From an uncultured virus (IMG/VR IMGVR_UViG_3300021197_001353) (taxonomy: Duplodnaviria; Heunggongvirae; Uroviricota; Caudoviricetes): DNA of 64,000 nucleotides. Location of the stretch: the IMG/VR virus record IMGVR_UViG_3300021197_001353, one strand, 5' to 3'. Below, piece after piece: positions 59,701 to 64,000 of the stretch (positions are counted from its first letter, which is position 1; every line of letters starts with the position of its first letter). The notes beneath the pieces are model-generated. The model was not told the DNA's origin, did not search any database, and saw nothing but the letters and a program-made list of their open reading frames with translations. The translations under genes were made by a program, and so were the position numbers.

Positions 59701-62126
59701 ATGACCTGTCTCAGATACCTGCAGAGGCATTGAGAGCCGTGGGTTATCGTATCCCACACCAAGGCAAGAGCTCTACAGTCATCATGAAGGTAGTGGGCGT
59801 ACTTCCTGCATCATATAGCAAGTCTATTGTGCTTCCAGCAAACGTGACAGTCATGACTGGTTCTGACTTTGACGTTGATAAGATGTTCGTCATCTTCCCC
59901 GAGACCACAGATGCAGGAGATAAGCTACAGGCTAGAAAGGGTATGCCTTATGACATACAAACAAACGAAGAGTTGCGTAACAACATGTTCAACTCTCTTG
60001 AAGCTATGTCTACGTCACCGCTGCACGCAGCTGAGCAGTTCAGACCGCTCACTACAGACAGAGTAGAAGGTGCCCTGAAGGATATTGGAATAAGAGTTGA
60101 GAGAATACAGACAAGCTTTGTCAACCCACTCATCGAAACAGAAATATCCAGCAAGTTTAAGCAAGCGCAGAGTGGTGTAGGTGTGTTTGCCAATGCTATG
60201 TCAGGCCAAGCTGTAGCCATACTGAACAAGAGTGCAATCTCTGGAATAATAGGTGTGCCAGTACACGACCAGGCTCAGGTAAAATACATAAACGCTGCTG
60301 GGGAAGCAGTCAGGTTGACTCACGTCACAAACAAATCAAAGATTGACAACAGCGATATCATGCACCTGATGCAGGAGATGGTGTCAGCGTTTGTTGATGC
60401 TGGTAACAAGCCGGTCCCTGCAGCGATGAACTTGAACCCCACCACTTACAATGCGTTTGCATATATGGCAGCTGTGGGTGTACCTGTTGAAGACTTGGTA
60501 CGCATGCTGCAGATGCCGCTGGTAAAAGAGTACATCAAAATGAGAACCATCAACGAGAAGCTGTCACCAAGACAGGCTTACGCACAGATGGCTCGCACGA
60601 TGAAGACAGATACTAGCACTAACAGACAGAACAGAGTGCTGCGTAGAGAGGACGGAGAAGGGTTCCGACCATTCAACAGAGAGATGTTGGACAACATCAT
60701 GGATGAGAAGGAGACTTCACAGGAAGCCATGGACATGTTCTACAACTTCATGGTAGCAGACCTCAACGGTCAGCAGCTAGCTACATTCCTGAAGTCTATC
60801 ACCCCTGACACCATGCAGAACATGGGTGAGATTGCTCTCTTCCAAGAGTACACGGACAACGTGGAGAAGTATCAGCGTATGGGGGACAAGGCAGTCATCG
60901 CACCAGATGTGATGCAGTCGTTCCTCGGCCTGGAAGAGGGGGGTGTATCTCAAGTACCAGTGCAGAGCAACTACTACAACCTGTACAAAGAAGGACTGGA
61001 TGTATCGTCACAGTTGTTTGTCACTGCAACAGAGGCATTCGATGACTTCAAGAACCTAGTCAAGGATGTGACAGGCCAAGACTCCCTGACTGCCAAGCAG
61101 CACAGAGAGATCAACAGACGCCTACACTACAACATGGCTAGCATGATTGTGAAAGACATCAACGGTAAGGACATCAACCCGCTGGCCAAGTACCTGACTG
61201 TAGAAGCAGCAGAGAGAATCTTCTTGGGTAAGGGAGCTGGCGGCAGAAACATAGCCACCAGACTTGAAGCTGTGATTGAGGTCATGCCCGAGCTGAAGGA
61301 CAACAAGTTCATCGCGTCACTCAGACGCTCACCGAACTTGGAGGTTCCGGGTGGTGCAACCATTGAAGCATTCAACACGGATAAGATGGATGCCAATCAG
61401 AAGAATGCATTGTCAAGAGACTTCCATCTCTTGCTCAACGAGCCGGAGACATACACAACAGATTCTGCACAGCTCAAAGCATTGGCTAGACTAACAGAGG
61501 ACCTGATCTCACACTCACTGATATCATCCAGCATGTCACCTGGCTACGGAAACTACTACCACGCTGTACCTACAGAGTTCTTCTTGAGCATAGGGTTGGG
61601 TGAATTTGCTAGGAGCCAAGAGAGAGACGTCAGACTGAACAGAGCTATGTTTACTGACCCCGCGTTCTTGTTTGAGTTTATGCGTAACTACGGACTCAAG
61701 AAGTTCGAGGGTAGGACATTGGTACAAGAAGCCAAGTTTACCACATCTCCAGCATCTGGTGTAGAAGGTGCTATCTTTGTAGCAGCCAACAACAATGCTC
61801 CCTTGTTTATAGCAAAGCAGGATAAGAATGCGGAGATAGACAAGCTGCAGTTGTATGTGAAAGCTCAACGTACAGATCAGAATGGTAAAGGTGGTCACAT
61901 ATACATGAAGGTAGAACGCAAAGGATATGCTGCAAGCTTTGACGAGCTGAACCTCAGAAATGAGTCAGGTGATATTGCTATGAACAGTATCTTGTCAGGG
62001 ACCAGCGGTCGTAATGCGTACAGAGCAGCGAATCAGGGCATGTACCAGAACATGTTGGAGGCAGTGCAGATGCTTGAGGGGTCTACCCCTGAGGCTGGTA
62101 AGAACTACGAACACAAATGCGAATAA
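50745..62126 (+). CDS. Giant virion RNA polymerase polyprotein (cargo domain + zincin-like domain + crAss-type two-barrel RNAP)
   Basis: 3793 aa; HEAFH (55383-55397) with downstream LEEMMADEF; GYRIPHQGKSS and TGSDFDVDKMF (DFDVD at 59865-59879), matching the DFDID catalytic motif of phi14:2 gp66. Confidence 0.92.
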   Translation: MSEPLDPVTGLPVKEGPTDPVTGLPAVGPLNPFYRSPLAGTTVYTGDSDKYKDYNVPLTPYGDIDEARAQNQSAWEQVRNGFGKAAVTAAGATAENTLGYAMGLGDFVLSGFEDFDESMTNNPVGRFVDEANEYAREHLPNYYTKEEEANTGKIGNIFTANFLADKFLNGAAYSLGSIASMYLTGGTGLVAKGLLGAGKMSNAMAALKAARAVKSGKPIREAMQAGASLNRAKNAFGYLEGGAMMSIAESAVESREVGKRVKEELQQEFMQQRGLSNPNDIPAHDRARIEQFAEEQETLAFYGNMAVLMPTNLMMFGKALRPFKAGKDATNTIVKTAAKEGEKKAYITALDNLPGYAQKGVAVGQKIAPFIEGAAIEAFQEGAQYSISEALNDYALAKYKEDDGSAELADGLLQGAFYKSAKDASAVLGEQIMKTVNSPEGREQMLIGGLVGLLSGGLGGGGRSRRKAKDKATKNALDKFNLSDQAFVGMSERADHNKLQKLYIKMMEGAREAGDQESYDNARHALLAHEAMFHIEHGTTDMYKDRLEELKNLPAEEFAKVMNMDTATKEEQTKIIDDVIESAERMEMNYNAIYDRFPGTTPSTGLKKALMSKEALKEEKASRQDEELMRRSMLYYSSVQGNRTTRTNDALDRISELDTQFDRSVVDIFRDSKYNQRQEGEEKQTQPDRAEYEREKAATIERVSQLDAIAGEIVAKEFEKIEGLMDERDRAYNAYKELMTNPTERRGYLQRQRAKQEALKQEKLDALGDKAVEETNTDQELSEKLTGLKEAGVSDEKLDELRQVANDRRNQAAAAEMRFARMKTSELKGLLNDDSLSAIERAAIQRELEELRPEGQEAPRERSPQPTTESVNKDVNESAQEADGTQSNKSAQEKLAEKANKKKVGRGAGELQTRHDGQGELSASGDTHLVSTSGELLPNPEYHTVGEDEKPLIDGREMLATPDLVGREVILRPVETNWWLREGQRLDPENPHIHMPIAVEIDGKVIGVLGSGNTQMRKAVLDNPTGSITTTITDRMLNNLITATSMENNVATGSPFFFNPQDLGDSYLAVVRINSQGELYYDLNLPEDMEAAGISAEEQEALTKSLQKNEARLNELREDGSERLAPGQLVMFRRDPNGDLRVIVGSTSNLTEADVQFALDQMAKGDQEALKALVGLNAQYDLEAMAANKAQNSKRLLSEAAGDLVLYTFDPLDAQGNRVLKPGEMAQVSDKMIARMMAGEMIPWNELEPIERQKMVVIPTVSAEGGVNTKGRPESDTDAQARGKDIYENLQGYLTNLLQNKKIHVEASLLNQTRFGSKEAFPHPAGRRTAPYNNYEEYLFDPQNGQQGNGFSGIFRVQTKERNGTVYTDVGLKFSPAYKVNGEQVDPATTVVAEPKQEKKPAKPQGAKPKKKTRKSRSKTGKKGGVSKEKFESQKEEGPTTSGGIVTGSAAQIAKVAYESLMATGQTSQEEALRQARQIFPPFAPKLGTKKSKVLDKKKSEAWLKKRGIPVEWYDTAQKLGGAHLHGYYQNAAVYLWTNGAAGTEFHEAFHFVFRSSVDEKQRDALYKEMRTRINKSDELKETYDQKLAELRKAFPNASVELLALEEMMADEFADYVTTQEETAKTLPAKIKKFFKDLYAIIKSLFKNPLTMKELYSVIESGYKAFPAERGTSFMQDMAPRMVQEYADEPELHQDIVNTLVTDFENQYKKLQESGKTAAEIEQDVLQLMGDSATNRGKIAETALLRGFSLADRETIDENSEEFEQLKAAFHDNTSELGRVDQEGFENTIEELSKKGIFAVAPKGINEVIDDMGYEETMLLSESMQNVYFSWMDEIADPNTGNIASSGWRTAMLDELQLYGYTFGDTRLAENALSEDEMDQYDKIYSLGSFEQLPDERLSPSARALLHSISDPTPNELGLYVNYNGFELYRKAIKTVAGADTINEMRTKLRGKAAVSPELGELASFLEDENTPGWAKATLFRALRVDYTKNVTVVQSYDKKGGVTQKSTKIVNSDNSSAARQALQEWRANAIQGEKVDKPTAVYVQTEEGLRTKDTSKEKLQRAQLAYKTFAEGETIADRALGLSDLLWEVGVRFGDNQTTAAMNLQTYLTAMAEKDGVTEAKVFQDLIDNIQIANMVKAMFETAGGRRITDIKAVKENPTNIFTSEGSSINYLGEQVMGFVNSGSMATFVSGGKTLSAFQSPTDMNDMLKEMGQPSTPNTMSNLKSDMTQDPSFSMGNQIPYQMFIYRLMGKQTFKPEVQQVSLLRDEEDNGGDEYRQLTPRQELQLKIDMYLNNGNKADAQYFVSTQETRGRFQPVAMPRFTRKSAMQKHGITDNSMRGWIRGAIMQELVRVGKARDEVRLVEKGIMKSEDLLEGYHDGGYNFIAIPGVEDTMFNEQYLSDMIYQGITNGHITPNLVASQYEEAMGAVTEMANRFMQATLETAVSELKDQIVEYNLWNAEEKDEKTGKVIKKLRHNFDNKAMERLYKNDLDLMLREYVENDFIFRYEMSRVTRGNMAFLKPGNQLIDFYKRNGLLNSPGITMFIREEEGGYGADPFMNVANMQDTWIYDEAHNVIADRIQQSVQRSLELQGMDASLAKEEAKAIADEYKTTANGKGSDAQAFLSEEGTRQFMMGEGLWNKELRQHPDGRLLTDDEWFQEYMESDEAPWLAPTTPRKYMALHTFAMGNTYAPSLQKNSFVSLTRDFTAGHPLLDKMRREMRAKNIHVVNTISGEKGAKRAVADYENGGELIGKPMETRKFRQSQTIMDKKSSNVRLNIQITKNQFAGIQLESNEYKYDAGVKGVERQVSGQQVFTDFHESFVELQRRAFDDMKQELGFDALMQPLTEEARNLAKLQVLQNIRKLFIQQKIKNNMLDDNVVKQMEIVKDFDGSYNFALPMTFAQNQKEYENMFWAIFKKRILRMNMPGKELVQVASPGAFSVFNFKTKEYEQRELQYMSVDDNGYAAHAEVMVRADILEKLGLQPGDDLSQIPAEALRAVGYRIPHQGKSSTVIMKVVGVLPASYSKSIVLPANVTVMTGSDFDVDKMFVIFPETTDAGDKLQARKGMPYDIQTNEELRNNMFNSLEAMSTSPLHAAEQFRPLTTDRVEGALKDIGIRVERIQTSFVNPLIETEISSKFKQAQSGVGVFANAMSGQAVAILNKSAISGIIGVPVHDQAQVKYINAAGEAVRLTHVTNKSKIDNSDIMHLMQEMVSAFVDAGNKPVPAAMNLNPTTYNAFAYMAAVGVPVEDLVRMLQMPLVKEYIKMRTINEKLSPRQAYAQMARTMKTDTSTNRQNRVLRREDGEGFRPFNREMLDNIMDEKETSQEAMDMFYNFMVADLNGQQLATFLKSITPDTMQNMGEIALFQEYTDNVEKYQRMGDKAVIAPDVMQSFLGLEEGGVSQVPVQSNYYNLYKEGLDVSSQLFVTATEAFDDFKNLVKDVTGQDSLTAKQHREINRRLHYNMASMIVKDINGKDINPLAKYLTVEAAERIFLGKGAGGRNIATRLEAVIEVMPELKDNKFIASLRRSPNLEVPGGATIEAFNTDKMDANQKNALSRDFHLLLNEPETYTTDSAQLKALARLTEDLISHSLISSSMSPGYGNYYHAVPTEFFLSIGLGEFARSQERDVRLNRAMFTDPAFLFEFMRNYGLKKFEGRTLVQEAKFTTSPASGVEGAIFVAANNNAPLFIAKQDKNAEIDKLQLYVKAQRTDQNGKGGHIYMKVERKGYAASFDELNLRNESGDIAMNSILSGTSGRNAYRAANQGMYQNMLEAVQMLEGSTPEAGKNYEHKCE

Positions 62127-62129
62127 CAG

Positions 62130-64000
62130 ATGGCTTGTGAAGTAAAAATAAACGGTAAGCCGTCAGCTATCATGACGGAGATCTTCCAGTATCTAGAAGA
62201 CAACGACGGAACAACTCGTAGCCCTCAGGATATCTACACCATCATGGAAAACTATGGTGTGGTGAAGTTCTTCCCAGAGCAGGGTCAGTTCGTAGCAGAG
62301 AAAGACATGGAGGAAGCGTTGAGTGACATCAACAAAGCTGTGCAAGGACTGCTCGAGACAGACCTACCAATACTGGTGTTCAGGGATAGAGGCAAGTACT
62401 TACAGGTTGAGGTAGACATGAACAGTCTCAACCAGATACCTATGCCCAACCCTAATAATCCTGGCACTCACGTAGGTGAGGAGGACGTAACTCAGGACTC
62501 TACAGAAGAGGAGCAGGAGTTGGATGAGGAAGAAGATAACGTAGAGGGCGGTAAGCAAGGGGAGGACACAGCTGGTAAGAACCTGGAGAAGGAAGCCTTT
62601 GCAATGAAGGATGACCTCGAGTATGTGACAGAGCAGATCGTTGTCAATTTGGACAAACAGATAGAGAGACTCGAGAGACTGTCTATAGACTCACCCAAAG
62701 CCAACGAATACGTAAGGGAGATGGAACTGTTGCGCAGACAGATGCGTAAGGTGAAGAAGGGCAAAGAGAAGTTGGACGATTACATCGACTTTATTCTGTA
62801 CGCAGGCAGAGTTGCTGACAGATCTCAGGTGTTGGTAGACAAGATACGTCAGGAGTATGCCGGTACATGGAAGACACAGTCAACAGAAGAAAGAGCAAAG
62901 ACTTTGCGCAAGATGGTAGAGCTGCAAGAGACACTCAACGCATTCTATTCTAAAGACGAAGAGAACTCCCTGATGAACATGTTGGCTCGTAAGATTCGTA
63001 ATACGCCAGGCAACATATCAGAGGAAGCAGCAGACATGCTGGCTGCAATCGATGAGACCAACAACACGATGGGACTGATCAACAAAGCATACATGGATAC
63101 GATCATACCTATCCTTGGTGACTACCTGTTGTCGTTTGCACCCATGGATGTGAACAAAGAGCTGGATGAGAAGATCGCAGCTATCAAAGAGAACAAGAGA
63201 CTAATAGGTTACTCCCGGTTGGACCGTCGCCACAAAAGAGGCTTGAGCTTTCAAGAGAAGCTTGACCTGAACGTACTCCAACTGCAGGAGAAGAAGCTGA
63301 GCCGTCAGAAGATTATCGATGAACTCAGAGAGACACACAAAGATGTCTCCATGTTCTCGTTGTACCTTGATCCACTTGTACACAGTTCAGATGTAACACT
63401 GCAGCTGTTCGGGATGAGCATGAAGGAACTTGAGGTTAATGCATACGAGCAGAGCCTGCAAGACAAGTACGAGATAGGGGAAGCATTTGCTGCATTCAAG
63501 GCAGCCAATTCTGCTAGTGAGGACAACCCAGCCAACTTTTACAGAGACGTCATCGAGAAGGTGACGCTGTCACGTAGAGGCAAGGATGGCAAGTACGAAC
63601 TGCAAGAGGTGATGAGCTTTGTGCAGCCATTCGACGTGACTAAGTTCTACAAGAGTCAGCATGCAGCCTTTCAGAAAGCACGTAAGCGTTGGAACATGCC
63701 AGAAGATCCATCAGAGTTGGACAACTGGTTCGAGAGTGAGCAAGGCAAGGGTTATCTGAATGAGACAGCTCAATGGTACAGGGACAATACAGAGAAGATA
63801 CCTGACGCCGATCAGATGTTCCAGGACATGCTAGAGAGACAGCGTGATTTGGAGATAGAAATACAAGGAGCACGCAACGAAGGTGACGAGATGAAACTGC
63901 AGATGTTGTATCTCGATAAGAATGCAGTAGACGATGACATCGAACGCAGCCGTGGCTATGTCATGGATGAGAGTGGTGCTAGAACGATGGTATACAAGGG
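62130..64000 (+). CDS. Large virion cargo protein, partial (runs off the window; not in the ORF track)
   Basis: Manual translation MACEVKINGKPSAIMTEIFQY... is open with no stop for 623 codons to the window end; starts 3 nt after the RNAP stop. Confidence 0.88.
   Translation, partial: MACEVKINGKPSAIMTEIFQYLEDNDGTTRSPQDIYTIMENYGVVKFFPEQGQFVAEKDMEEALSDINKAVQGLLETDLPILVFRDRGKYLQVEVDMNSLNQIPMPNPNNPGTHVGEEDVTQDSTEEEQELDEEEDNVEGGKQGEDTAGKNLEKEAFAMKDDLEYVTEQIVVNLDKQIERLERLSIDSPKANEYVREMELLRRQMRKVKKGKEKLDDYIDFILYAGRVADRSQVLVDKIRQEYAGTWKTQSTEERAKTLRKMVELQETLNAFYSKDEENSLMNMLARKIRNTPGNISEEAADMLAAIDETNNTMGLINKAYMDTIIPILGDYLLSFAPMDVNKELDEKIAAIKENKRLIGYSRLDRRHKRGLSFQEKLDLNVLQLQEKKLSRQKIIDELRETHKDVSMFSLYLDPLVHSSDVTLQLFGMSMKELEVNAYEQSLQDKYEIGEAFAAFKAANSASEDNPANFYRDVIEKVTLSRRGKDGKYELQEVMSFVQPFDVTKFYKSQHAAFQKARKRWNMPEDPSELDNWFESEQGKGYLNETAQWYRDNTEKIPDADQMFQDMLERQRDLEIEIQGARNEGDEMKLQMLYLDKNAVDDDIERSRGYVMDESGARTMVYK

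Noticed and set aside
1533..63873. Numerous minus-strand and alternate-frame ORFs in the track (e.g. 34837-35472, 35469-36140, 52320-53027)
   Set aside because: They are shadows of long + strand genes, with low-complexity L/S/F-rich translations and no recognisable motifs.
1..64000. Stop-codon reassignment (TAG or TGA) as in some gut crAss-like phages
   Set aside because: Terminase, portal, MCP and the 11-kb RNAP gene are uninterrupted in code 11, and TAG and TGA both occur at plausible gene ends.
1..64000. CRISPR array, DGR, integrase or IS element
   Set aside because: No regularly spaced nucleotide repeats, reverse transcriptase, recombinase or transposase motifs were seen. The repeats present are at protein level only.

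Overview
This window is the late/structural half of a crAss-like (Crassvirales-type) podovirus genome, probably from an aquatic phage of a Bacteroidota (Flavobacteria-like) host. The host call rests on TAnnTTTG promoters, A-rich starts without Shine-Dalgarno sites, and a T9SS sorting signal. All family names come from motif recognition and gene order; no database search was run. Bases 1-910 carry three small minus-strand ORFs, a minimal tRNA-like element and a structured spacer. From 1011 onward almost everything is on the + strand. The order is: a cell-envelope cassette (T9SS-CTD protein, outer-membrane beta-barrel-like protein, small membrane protein, CxxC-less thioredoxin fold); a promoter-driven ~240-nt structured non-coding region; amidase endolysin; GT-A-like protein; lone GroES; HU-like protein; terminase; portal; scaffold-like protein; major capsid; ring, hub and fibre proteins including a 2381-aa Cys-rich giant; holin; metallophosphoesterase; a cluster of very basic proteins; muzzle; cargo proteins; a 3793-aa zincin plus virion RNA polymerase (DFDVD); and a further cargo ORF running off the window. 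The standard code 11 reads everything, with no sign of stop-codon recoding, introns or inteins. Best leads: (1) a recurring xxx-Gly-Gly motif that punctuates a protamine-like 710-aa protein and brackets domains of other virion proteins, suggesting a di-glycine maturation system; (2) a phage-encoded T9SS cargo plus OMP cassette; (3) the candidate ncRNA at 4620-4860; (4) a ~58-nt acceptor-stem/T-arm tRNA mimic with a complementary hairpin upstream.
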